Origin: Gemmatimonadales bacterium
Lineage (GTDB): Bacteria > Gemmatimonadota > Gemmatimonadetes > Gemmatimonadales > GWC2-71-9
DNA length: 64,000 bases
Assembly (NCBI GenBank): GCA_035491815.1
Contig: DATJKA010000047.1
Span: 168,576-232,575, forward strand
Direction of reading: 5' to 3'
Position numbers and translations under genes: made by a program. Shown here piece after piece: positions 1-10,585 of the stretch (its first letter is position 1; each line of letters opens with the position of its first letter). The notes beneath the pieces were generated by a model. The model made no database searches and had not been told where the DNA came from. It worked only from the letters and a program-made list of their open reading frames with translations.

Positions 1-159
1 GCGTTGCGCGGCGAGTGCGGCACGCAGATCGAGCAGCGGACGCGGTGCGTTCCCGCGCGACGATGGCGCAAGCGACGACTCGGAGCACGCATACCACAGC
101 GTGGCCGAGGAGGTGAGCGCGAGAATAACGGCGAGGCGAGACCACGTCCGGCGCAGCAT
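1..159 (-). CDS. 5' end of a lipoprotein-like gene running off the left edge (partial)
   Basis: ATG at 159 with GGAGG 6 nt upstream. It translates to MLRRTWSRLAVILALTSSATLWYAC..., a signal peptide followed by a lipobox-like Cys. It is below the length cutoff of the ORF track. Confidence 0.45.
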   Translation of the reverse strand, partial: MLRRTWSRLAVILALTSSATLWYACSESSLAPSSRGNAPRPLLDLRAALAAQR

Positions 160-193
160 GCTGAACCTCCGGGACCCGGAGACAAGGCGCCGA

Positions 194-736
194 TTATGAA
201 GGGAGAGCCGACGCTCGGCAAGCTAGGGGAGTTACGAAGGCACTTTTGGCCGCGATGTAGGCCGCGCGGTCGCGCGGGAACTGCTTTGCGAGCGCCAGCT
301 TGAGCTCGGCGTAGCGTCGCGCAACGTCGGGATCGGACCGCAGCAGGTCCCGGAAACCAACGTACGCGCGCCACAATCGGCCGCCCGTCACGACGAGATG
401 GATGTGGTAGGCGCGCGGCTGGCCGCGACGGAAGAACTGATGCTCCGGAATGCCGGCGTCGCCGCGGTGCTCGTAGCCCGCGCGCTCGAGCGGCACGACG
501 TAATCGAGCGGCGACGCGTCGACCGGGTGCCCCGCGAGGATGTCGAGCACCGGCTTTGCATCGAGCCCGGGGACCGCGGTGCTGCCGATGTGCTCGAGCA
601 CGAGCGGCACCGCGCACGCCGCGCGAATGCGAGCGGCTTCCTCGACGAACAGGACGGGCCAGCGTTTGTCGTAGGGCACGACGCGCACGACGCCCGACTC
701 GAGACCGAGCGGGTCAGCCATGGCGGTACGACGCAA
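194..736 (-). CDS. GrpB family protein (UPF0157)
   Basis: 180-aa ORF. The motifs ...EHIGSTAVPGLDAKPVLDIL... and ...YHIHLV... are typical of GrpB proteins. It abuts the upstream gene's stop with no gap. Confidence 0.75.
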   Translation of the reverse strand: MRRTAMADPLGLESGVVRVVPYDKRWPVLFVEEAARIRAACAVPLVLEHIGSTAVPGLDAKPVLDILAGHPVDASPLDYVVPLERAGYEHRGDAGIPEHQFFRRGQPRAYHIHLVVTGGRLWRAYVGFRDLLRSDPDVARRYAELKLALAKQFPRDRAAYIAAKSAFVTPLACRASALPS

Positions 737-1099
737 TCAGGGGTTGGGAGGTTGCAGCGCAGCGACGTGGGCCGACCGACGTACCAGCCACGCCGCCATG
801 AACAAGAGCGCGGGCGACCAGAAGACGACGAACCACGGGCCGCGAGGGAAATGCCCCGCGACGACTTTGCTCCACACGTAGATGCCGATCAGTCCGACGG
901 TCGCGACGAGCGCACCGACGTCTTCGCGCCACCAACCGAGCAGGAAGCCGATACAGATGAGACCGGGAAAGAAGAGGATGCCGAGCATTTCGACGGGGGT
1001 CGGCTTTCCTGAATGACCGTCGAAGGCAAACAGGACGATGAGCCCAATGACGGCGAGGCTCGAGAGCCGCGCGGTCCATCGAAGCACCGTAATCGCCAT
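737..1099 (-). CDS. small integral membrane protein (3-4 predicted TM helices)
   Basis: 120-aa hydrophobic ORF with no recognised family. Its stop is directly adjacent to the GrpB start. Confidence 0.55.
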   Translation of the reverse strand: MAITVLRWTARLSSLAVIGLIVLFAFDGHSGKPTPVEMLGILFFPGLICIGFLLGWWREDVGALVATVGLIGIYVWSKVVAGHFPRGPWFVVFWSPALLFMAAWLVRRSAHVAALQPPNP

Positions 1100-1120
1100 A
1101 GCGCGACGTAATCTACCGCA

Positions 1121-1768
1121 TCACAACCCAAACGCCCAGCGCACTCCGACGTGGACCGCGTTGCTCCAATGGCGCGCCGGAGTCAACGCTTGCTCTGAAA
1201 TCAGCGCACCGCCCTGGAATGTTCGCTCGAATCGATCGTTGGTGAGGTGCAACCACTGATAATCGATCTGCAGGCCGAAGCGGTGCTTCACGCCGTCGAG
1301 CACGGGGAAACCCCACCCCATCAGGAAATACGGGACGTTGCGTCCCTCCCGCCACGCGACGCCGGCTCCCGCGCTCACGGTCGAAATGTGGGTGGGGAGA
1401 TCAAGGTCGACGCGGGCGTCGGTCGTGAGAAACGGGTGCGCCACGAGGTGGTTCGGATCTTCCATCGTGTACGTACCGTCATTCGGCGGGGGCGGCAGCG
1501 GCGCGACGGCGCATATCGCGCCACCGGCGGCGAGAACGTAGGCGCGCGCCGCAGCCTGGAATCGCACCGACCGCCCTGCGATGTTGTGACCGGCGTTGAG
1601 ACCGGCCGCGCCGAAAAACGTGTTCTCGCATGCGCTCGCGCGGACGGCATCACCGCCCATGATCATCACCGTGAAGCTCGGGCCGAGCGTCGAGGAAGGG
1701 CCCTCCTGCGCTGAGCCGCGTGTTGGCGCGAGCATGCCGACTACGCAAAGAGAATGGAGGAACCTCAC
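1121..1768 (-). CDS. secreted / outer-membrane beta-barrel-like protein
   Basis: 215-aa ORF with an N-terminal signal-like segment (MRFLHSLCVVGMLAP..SAQ), alternating-polarity strands and a C-terminal ...VGVRWAFGL. Confidence 0.5.
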   Translation of the reverse strand: MRFLHSLCVVGMLAPTRGSAQEGPSSTLGPSFTVMIMGGDAVRASACENTFFGAAGLNAGHNIAGRSVRFQAAARAYVLAAGGAICAVAPLPPPPNDGTYTMEDPNHLVAHPFLTTDARVDLDLPTHISTVSAGAGVAWREGRNVPYFLMGWGFPVLDGVKHRFGLQIDYQWLHLTNDRFERTFQGGALISEQALTPARHWSNAVHVGVRWAFGL

Positions 1769-1799
1769 GCGTCTGATACCCCGGCCCCGCCGTGCTTGG

Positions 1800-3224
1800 T
1801 CACGCCTGGATGACCCAACGGGCGGCCGCCCGCTGCATCAATGGCTGCCCATGCCACGCACATAATACCGGGACATCTCCGGGGATTTGCGACACCAACC
1901 GCGGATGCGCGAACAAGACGACCAGCGACGCGGCCGGCACCAGTCGCTCGAGCTTCGCCAACGACTGCTCGCCCAAATCGCCGCGACCTTTCCACGACCG
2001 CGGCTCGGCATACACGAGCACGATGAGCCGGGAGCCGGGAGCTGGGAGCCGGGGGACACTCTCACCACTCGCGACGAGTGTCTTGGCGAAGACATCCCGT
2101 GGCGGAATGACGTATGGACCGCCGACGTCGTCATCCACGATCGTCACGGCGAGCGACTTGCCGAGCGAGGGCCGCTCGCCGCGCAGCAAATGGACCGCGC
2201 GATCGGCCAAACCGTCCGCGAACTGTTGATGCGCCGCGAGCGTCGCGGCGTCGACAGTCACGGACGGTGCGCCGCGCCCACCGCCCCAGGTACCGATCGA
2301 CTTCTCGTACCGGCCGAGCGCCTGCTCGATCCGATCGCCCGGCACGGCGTCGAGCGAGCGCACCACACCGGCCCAGTCCGTCGGATAGAGCAGCATGTCG
2401 CAGCCCGCGCTCAGCGCGGCAACCGCGGCCTGCTGCTCCGGCGCCGCGGCGGTGGCGCCGCCCATGATGAAAGCGTCGGTGACGACGAGGCCATCGAACG
2501 CGGCGGACCCACGCAGGTAGTCGAGAATGGTGCGCGAGAATCCCGCGCCCGCGCCGCTCGGGTCCCAGCTCGGGTACGAGACGAAGGCCGGCATGACGCT
2601 TCCCACCCCTGCCTTCACTGCTTCGACGAAGGGTCGGACGTCGTTCTGCTGCAGCTCGGCGGCCGGCGCGTCGACGACGGGCAGCCCTGCGTGCGAATCG
2701 GTCGTGGTGCGCCCGTGACCGGGAAAGTGCTTCGCGCACGCCATCACGAAGTGCTCCTGGCATCCTTTGACCCACGCGGCCGCGTGCGCGCCGACAACAC
2801 TGGGATCGGCGCCGAACGACCGCGTCTGCACGATTGGATTCTTGGGCTCGACGTCGAGATCGCACACGGGGGCGAACACCCAGGTGAGCCCGATGGCGCG
2901 CGCCTCGGTGCCGGTGATCTGGCCGCACGCGTAGGTCGCATCGAGATCGTTGAGGTAGCCGAGCGCGGCAGGTGGTGGCAGCTCGGTGAGGCCTTTCACT
3001 TGTTGGCCGGGACCGCGCTCGAAGTCGGATCCGAGCAGGAGCGGCCGTTTGGCGAGATCGCCCAGCGCGCTCGTGAGCGCGGCGACGGCCGCTCGCGTGC
3101 CGCCGAAGAGGATGAATCCGCCGACGCCCGCCGCCAGCGCCTGCTCGATCTTGGCGCGTTCGGATCTGAATGAGCCGCGACGCCAGCGCAGCGCCGGGCA
3201 CACGAGACGCGCGCGCGGGATCAT
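1800..3224 (-). CDS. nagZ: glycoside hydrolase family 3, beta-N-acetylhexosaminidase (NagZ-like)
   Basis: 474-aa ORF with the GH3 N-domain signature ...KHFPGHG.T..DSH... and ...VMPAF.... anmK and murQ lie nearby. Confidence 0.8.
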   Translation of the reverse strand: MIPRARLVCPALRWRRGSFRSERAKIEQALAAGVGGFILFGGTRAAVAALTSALGDLAKRPLLLGSDFERGPGQQVKGLTELPPPAALGYLNDLDATYACGQITGTEARAIGLTWVFAPVCDLDVEPKNPIVQTRSFGADPSVVGAHAAAWVKGCQEHFVMACAKHFPGHGRTTTDSHAGLPVVDAPAAELQQNDVRPFVEAVKAGVGSVMPAFVSYPSWDPSGAGAGFSRTILDYLRGSAAFDGLVVTDAFIMGGATAAAPEQQAAVAALSAGCDMLLYPTDWAGVVRSLDAVPGDRIEQALGRYEKSIGTWGGGRGAPSVTVDAATLAAHQQFADGLADRAVHLLRGERPSLGKSLAVTIVDDDVGGPYVIPPRDVFAKTLVASGESVPRLPAPGSRLIVLVYAEPRSWKGRGDLGEQSLAKLERLVPAASLVVLFAHPRLVSQIPGDVPVLCAWHGQPLMQRAAARWVIQA

Positions 3225-3243
3225 TCCCTAATCTACGTCGCGT

Positions 3244-3633
3244 TCAATGACAGGATCCGGACCCCGAATCGACGACCGCGCCGCTCGCGGCGACGATGAA
3301 GGTCCAGCGATACCCGTGGGCGCCGAGCCGCAGCACCAGCGTAATCGGCGGTCGAGCCGAGCTCGTACGCGTTGTCTCCGATCGCCATCACGTACCGGGC
3401 AAGCTGTCGAGCAGAACGGCGGTCGACTCGGCGCCCGTCAATTCCGGCGCCGTGATTTGCGTGGGATTGTCCGGCTGGTAGCACTGCGCGATATCGCCGG
3501 CGCCGACGAGCATCGCGTCATGCGTGTAGGCCCGAGCCGGCATCACGCGGGCAGCGACATTCACCGACGTGGAGGTCGCATCGACGCACGCCGCCAGACC
3601 GACCAACGCGCAAAGAACCAATGAGCCAATCAC
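3244..3633 (-). pseudogene. internally deleted, frameshifted metallophosphoesterase relic
   Basis: Three minus-strand frames carry pieces of one protein. The pieces are a lipoprotein signal plus ...LVGAGDIAQC...TAVLLDSLPG (3388-3633), then ...VMAIGDNAYELGSTADY (second frame), then ...TLVLRLGAHGYRWTFIVAASGAVVDSGSGSCH* (third frame, stop 3244-3246). The catalytic core (GNHE etc.) is missing, and the total span of about 390 nt is too short for the family. Confidence 0.65.
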
Positions 3634-3699
3634 GTCCCATTCTACCGAACGTCGGTCGAGGTATTCCCGCCTTCACACCTCATGTTGGACGTTGGAACC

Positions 3700-4107
3700 T
3701 CACAGGGAGATGAGCGCAATCACGACACCGGCCACGATCCACTGCACGAAATACGCGACCGCTTGGCCGATCGTGAGTCGAAGGCTGATGTTCAGGTTCA
3801 CGTAATTGTGGATGACGAACGAGCCGAGCGCGAACACTGCGACGAGCGCGCCGAAGCGAAGACCCTCACGAACCGGCGAGCCGGCGTGGATCATCAACGC
3901 GTACAACCAGGCCATCGCGATCATCGATAGCAGCATGCCCAGCATGCCCGCCGGAGCGACCCGCTTCATCGACTCTTGCGTGCGGTAGATCGCGGGAAAT
4001 TGGCGGTATTCGTTGGCGAGCGGTGTAAGCGCGAACAGGACGAAGCCAAGAATGAAATACACGACTGTTGCACCAAGGCCCGCGAGTGCGATGTGACCGT
4101 AATTCAC
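3700..4107 (-). CDS. small integral membrane protein
   Basis: 135-aa ORF with 4 hydrophobic segments. GTG start at 4107 is preceded by GGAAGGAG. Confidence 0.6.
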   Translation of the reverse strand: MNYGHIALAGLGATVVYFILGFVLFALTPLANEYRQFPAIYRTQESMKRVAPAGMLGMLLSMIAMAWLYALMIHAGSPVREGLRFGALVAVFALGSFVIHNYVNLNISLRLTIGQAVAYFVQWIVAGVVIALISL

Positions 4108-4183
4108 TGAGGAAGGCTCCTTCCAGGGTGCGGTAATGAGACGCGTGGCTCAACCGCACGGCAAGTGGTACTATCTCTGGACG

Positions 4184-6022
<1,839 letters not shown>

Positions 6023-6974
6023 TCGAATAAGACGACCGGCCGCGGCTGCACGCGCGCCGCGAGCCGCTCGATGAGCGCGGGATTCTTCGCGCCGCCGCCC
6101 GAGACCACGATCTCGCCGTCATGACCGGCCACCGCGCGCGCGATCGTCTCCGCCGTGAGCGCGGTTGCCGTGGCGATCGCATCGTTCTCCGACCCCCCGG
6201 CCTTCTTCACACGCGCGAGCAGCTTGTCCGCGTAGTCGATGCCGAAACGCTCGCGCCCCGTGCTCTTGGGCGGCGGCGCGCTGAAATACGGATCGGCGAG
6301 CAGCTCGTCGAGCAGCTTTGCGACGGGACGGCCGCGGCGCGCGCGCTCGCCGTCCTTGTCGTACGGTGCGTCGGGATCGACGCGGCGCGTGATGGCATCG
6401 ATCACCGCGACGCCCGGCCCGGTGTCGAACGCGAACGCGCCCTCGGTCACGCCACGCCGCGGCACCCACGTGACGTTCGCCATCCCGCCGATGTTCAGGA
6501 GCCAGCGACCCTTGGTGTCGTGGCCGAACAGCATGACGTCGGCGAGGGGCACGAGCGGCGCGCCCTGCCCGCCTGCCGCTACGTCCCGCGCGCGGAAATC
6601 GCTCACCACGCGCACGCCGACCCGCTCCGCGATCACCGCCGCGTCGCCGAGCTGGAAGGTCGCGCGCCCCGGCTCGTGCCAGATCGTCTGTCCGTGCGAC
6701 GCGATGAACGCGAGATCCTTGGGCGACACGCGGGCCTGCGCGAGCAACCCCAGCACCGCGCCGGCAAATCGCTCGCCGAGCGCGACATGGAGGAATGCGA
6801 CGTCCTTCGGCGTGCCGCGCGCCATCGTGTCGATGATCGAGCCGCGCTCGGCGGCGCCGTACGCCTCCTGACGAAACGCGACGAGCTGCGCGGAACTGTC
6901 CTTGAGGCGCACCAACGCCGTCGAAATGCCGTCGAGCGACGTGCCCGACATGACCCCGACCGCCAGCATGTCAC

Positions 6975-7901
6975 TCATCGCCGCACGTTCGGCGGATCGC
7001 CCACGACGCTGCGCAGCAAGCCGCCCGCCTGGTCGATCAGACGCTTCCCTTCCCCGGCACCGACCTTTCGCCGCACCATGACGATCGCGAGCTTGACGCT
7101 GCCCTCGGCGTGCTTGATCGCCTGGCGCGCTTCTTCACGGCTGACGTCGCAGACCTCCATCACGATGCGCTCGCCGCGGTCGTGCAACTTCTGGCTCAGC
7201 GCCATCAGATCGACCATCAGATTACCGTAGGCTTTACCGAGGCGAATCATCGCCCCGGTCGAGATGGTGTTAAGGACGAGCTTGGTGGCGGTGCCCGCTT
7301 TGAGACGGGTCGAACCGGTGAGCACCTCCGGCCCAACGATGGGGTTGATGACGACGTCGCAGGTCTCGGCCAGCACTTTGGGCGGCGTCGCGCACGTGAC
7401 GAGGGCCGTCTTGGCGCCGAGCGTCTGCGCTTTGCCGAGGGCGGCGCGGACGTAGGGTGTGGTGCCGCTCGCCGCGATCCCGACCACCACGTCGCGGTTC
7501 GTGACGTTGGCGGTATCCATCGCCGCCATCCCCGCGTTGACGTCGTCCTCGGCACCCTCCGCGCTCTTCACGAGCGCGCCGTAGCCGCCCGCGATTACGC
7601 CGACCACCATCGTGGGAGGGACGCTGAAGGTCGGCGGACACTCCGCTGCATCCAGCACGCCGAGGCGCCCTGACGTTCCGGCACCGACATAGACGAGGCG
7701 GCCACCGACACGAAAAGCCGCGACGACCAGGTCGATGGCTTTTGCGATTCGGTCGCGCTCGCCGTGCACGACGGCGGGAACGCGCGCATCCTCGGCATTC
7801 ATGAGGTCCACGATTTCGAGGCTCGACGCCGTGTCGATGCGGTCGGTCCGCGGATTCCGCTGCTCGGTTGCCCTCGGGTCGGTGAAATCGCGGTTTGTCA
7901 T
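6975..7901 (-). CDS. murQ: N-acetylmuramic acid 6-phosphate etherase
   Basis: 308 aa with ...TEQRNPRT..IDT.S.LEIV.LMN.ED... and a SIS domain (GAGTSGRLG). Confidence 0.9.
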   Translation of the reverse strand: MTNRDFTDPRATEQRNPRTDRIDTASSLEIVDLMNAEDARVPAVVHGERDRIAKAIDLVVAAFRVGGRLVYVGAGTSGRLGVLDAAECPPTFSVPPTMVVGVIAGGYGALVKSAEGAEDDVNAGMAAMDTANVTNRDVVVGIAASGTTPYVRAALGKAQTLGAKTALVTCATPPKVLAETCDVVINPIVGPEVLTGSTRLKAGTATKLVLNTISTGAMIRLGKAYGNLMVDLMALSQKLHDRGERIVMEVCDVSREEARQAIKHAEGSVKLAIVMVRRKVGAGEGKRLIDQAGGLLRSVVGDPPNVRR

Positions 7902-7929
7902 GGGTGGGAAATAGACGCAAGATTACCGA

Positions 7930-9660
7930 ATGCGAAAGCTCACCTGCGTGCTCGCCGCCGTGGCCCTCGGTTGCGGCAAACCACCCCAGCCTGGGGTCAT
8001 CACCCCCGTCGTCCGGGGCAAGCCGGTCATCCCGGCGACCTGGACGCTCAGGTCGCGGCCCGTCACCGCGGCGCACGCGATGGTCGTCTCGGCGCATCCG
8101 CTCGCGTCGGCGGCCGGCGTCGAGATCCTGAAACAGGGTGGCAACGCCATCGACGCCGCGGTCGCCGTCGCGTTCGCGCTCGAGGTCGTGCTCCCGGACG
8201 CCGGCAACATCGGCGGCGGCGGCTTCATCGTGCACCGCACGGCGGCCGGCGAAGTCACCGCGCTCGACTATCGCGAGGCTGCGCCCGCGGCCGCCACGCA
8301 TGACATGTACCTCGATGCTGCAGGCAATCCGACCGACAAGAGCGTCGTCGGTCATCTCGCTGCGGGGGTGCCGGGGAGCGTCGCCGGACTGCACGAAGCC
8401 TGGAAGCGGTACGGCAAACTGTCGTGGGCCGCCGACATCGCGCCGGCGATTCGACTCGCCCAGGGCCATGTGATCGACACCGCGCGCAGCCGCGACATCG
8501 CGTCAGACCGCGACCTGTTGGCCCAATTCCCGGCGAGCCGCGCGCAGTTTCTCGTCCACGACAGCGCGCCGCCGCCGGGGACGCTGTGGCGCCAGCCCGA
8601 TCTCGTGCGCACGCTGCAGCTCATCAGCGATTCGGGTCCCGACGTCTTCTATCGCGGTCAGATCGCCGACTTGATCGTCGCGGAGATGCAGCGCGGCGGC
8701 GGCTTGATTACGAAGGAAGACCTGCGGAATTACCGCCCGAAATGGCGGACGCCGATCCAGCTGACGTACCGCGGCCACACGATCTACTCGATGCCGCCAC
8801 CGAGCTCGGGCGGCGTCACGATGGGCGAGATCCTGAACATCATGGAGGGCTACGACTCGCTACCGCCGTTCGGGACTGCCGCATATGAGCACTTATTGAC
8901 CGAAGCGATGCGGCGGGCGTTCATCGACCGCAATCGCTGGCTCGGCGATCCCGACTTCGTGCACATGCCGCTCGAGCGCCTGTTGTCGAAGTCGTACGCA
9001 GCGACGCTGCGATCACAGATCGATCCGAAGCGTGCCACCCCGACGCCCACCGATGCGACGGGCTCGGGCGGCGAGCCCATGGAAACGACGCACTACTCGA
9101 TCGTCGATGCCGAGGGCAACGCCGCGGCGGTGACGACTACGCTCAACGGCGGCTTCGGAAGCGGTGTCACCGTGACGGGTGGGGGATTTCTATTGAACAA
9201 CGAGATGGACGATTTCGCGACCGCGCCCGGCAAACCCAACATGTACGGCCTGGTCCAGGGCGAAGCCAACGCCGTGCAGGGCGGCAAGCGGATGCTCTCG
9301 GCGATGACGCCGTCGATCGTGCTGGACACCGCGGGCAAGCTGCAGATGGTGGTGGGGACTCCGGGTGGCCCGACGATCATCACGTCGGTCACGCAAGTGA
9401 TTCTCAACGTTCTCGACCAGGGGATGAGTCTGCCGGACGCCGTCGCCGCACCGCGCATTCATCACCAGGCGCTGCCCGATCAGACGTACTGGGAGCACGG
9501 CGGTTTGAGCGATCAGGCCGTGCAGGCGCTCGAGGCGATGGGCCACAAGATGTCGGAGCGGCGGGGGCACAGCGGCATCATCGCGGCCATACAAAAAACC
9601 GCCGGCGGGTGGGTCGGTGTTGCTGACCCACGGTACGCCGGCGGTGCACTTGGATACTGA
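7930..9660 (+). CDS. ggt: gamma-glutamyltransferase
   Basis: 576 aa with a signal peptide and the autoprocessing region ...ETTHYSIVDAEGNAAAVTTTLN.... Confidence 0.9.
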   Translation: MRKLTCVLAAVALGCGKPPQPGVITPVVRGKPVIPATWTLRSRPVTAAHAMVVSAHPLASAAGVEILKQGGNAIDAAVAVAFALEVVLPDAGNIGGGGFIVHRTAAGEVTALDYREAAPAAATHDMYLDAAGNPTDKSVVGHLAAGVPGSVAGLHEAWKRYGKLSWAADIAPAIRLAQGHVIDTARSRDIASDRDLLAQFPASRAQFLVHDSAPPPGTLWRQPDLVRTLQLISDSGPDVFYRGQIADLIVAEMQRGGGLITKEDLRNYRPKWRTPIQLTYRGHTIYSMPPPSSGGVTMGEILNIMEGYDSLPPFGTAAYEHLLTEAMRRAFIDRNRWLGDPDFVHMPLERLLSKSYAATLRSQIDPKRATPTPTDATGSGGEPMETTHYSIVDAEGNAAAVTTTLNGGFGSGVTVTGGGFLLNNEMDDFATAPGKPNMYGLVQGEANAVQGGKRMLSAMTPSIVLDTAGKLQMVVGTPGGPTIITSVTQVILNVLDQGMSLPDAVAAPRIHHQALPDQTYWEHGGLSDQAVQALEAMGHKMSERRGHSGIIAAIQKTAGGWVGVADPRYAGGALGY

Positions 9661-9661
9661 G

Positions 9662-10453
9662 CTAGTACGACCGAGTCTTGGACTTCGCCGTATCGGTGCG
9701 CTGATTGAGGTCGTTGCGATCCACGGCGACCTTCATCGGCTCCGTAATCGTCGCCAGAATGTGCGAGCCGTCGGGGATCACGATGTCCATGTCCTTCGTT
9801 TCGACGGCGACGCCGGCACCGGCGATGCCACCCACCACGGCGCCGATCACGGTGCCCTTGGTGTTCTTGGACAGAATCTGACCGACCACCGCGCCGGCGG
9901 CCGCGCCGACACCGACCTTCGCGGCGTCACCAGCGTTGATGCTCTGCTTGCGATACTCGCGCTGCACGGAATCGATCGTCGCGCGGATCGGGAAGGTCTT
10001 GCCGTTCGTCTCGATGGTCGAGAGCGCAACGGTCAGCGTGCCCGGGGTGCGGCGGTTCGGCGCCGGCTTCACGGCGACGATGCTGCCGTTCACGGTCGAG
10101 CCCTGGTCGATGACAACCGTGCCGTTCGCGTCGCGCACGTCGGCCGCGACCTTGGCGGTGAAGGTGTCACCAGGCTTGTTCTTCCGGGAGCTGAGCTCCT
10201 GGTTGACCGTCAGGTCGAGGCGGGTGCCGGCGGGCACGGTCAACGAGACCGGCAGATCCGACGGGTTCCGCGCCGACTTGTCGCGAGTGGTGGTGCCACG
10301 GTCGTTGTTGTAGTTGTTCGACTGATCCGAAGCCTGATTCTGCTGGTCGACCGAGCGATCGGGCTGGCCAGCCTGCCCGCCCTTTGGCGAACAAGCGCCA
10401 ATAGCGGCGACGCTCGTCAAAACGGCAAAGGCGATCCAGTTATTCCGGGTCAT
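9662..10453 (-). CDS. lipoprotein with C-terminal glycine-zipper segment (paralog A)
   Basis: 263 aa with lipobox ...AAIGAC. About 50% identical over roughly 170 aa to the product of 17029-17826 (shared ...AVKPAPN.RTPGTLT...IDSVQ...GDAAKVG.GA.AGAV.G...G.VVGGIAGAG...). Confidence 0.7.
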   Translation of the reverse strand: MTRNNWIAFAVLTSVAAIGACSPKGGQAGQPDRSVDQQNQASDQSNNYNNDRGTTTRDKSARNPSDLPVSLTVPAGTRLDLTVNQELSSRKNKPGDTFTAKVAADVRDANGTVVIDQGSTVNGSIVAVKPAPNRRTPGTLTVALSTIETNGKTFPIRATIDSVQREYRKQSINAGDAAKVGVGAAAGAVVGQILSKNTKGTVIGAVVGGIAGAGVAVETKDMDIVIPDGSHILATITEPMKVAVDRNDLNQRTDTAKSKTRSY

Positions 10454-10585
10454 GATGTCCTCTCGTTCTTGAGTAAGCTGCGTGACCCGAATAGAAGCCT
10501 ACTGGCCGAGCACCCGGTATTACTCGCAAGTTTCCAATCCGAAGGTCGAGTCGCTCAATCCTTGGAATGAAGGAGTGCGCAGCGT

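Noticed and set aside
1887-3173. 428-aa plus-strand ORF, together with 2131-3201 (356 aa, minus strand, alternate frame).
   Set aside because: The first is antisense to the GH3 gene and the second is out of frame with it. Both have Arg/Ala/Gly/His-rich composition typical of shadow ORFs in high-GC DNA and carry no motifs.
7270-8469. 399-aa minus-strand ORF. The same reasoning applies to 33789-35090 (433 aa, minus strand) and 6121-7230 (369 aa, plus strand).
   Set aside because: They are antisense to murQ/ggt, ctaD and anmK/murQ respectively. They show shadow-ORF composition.
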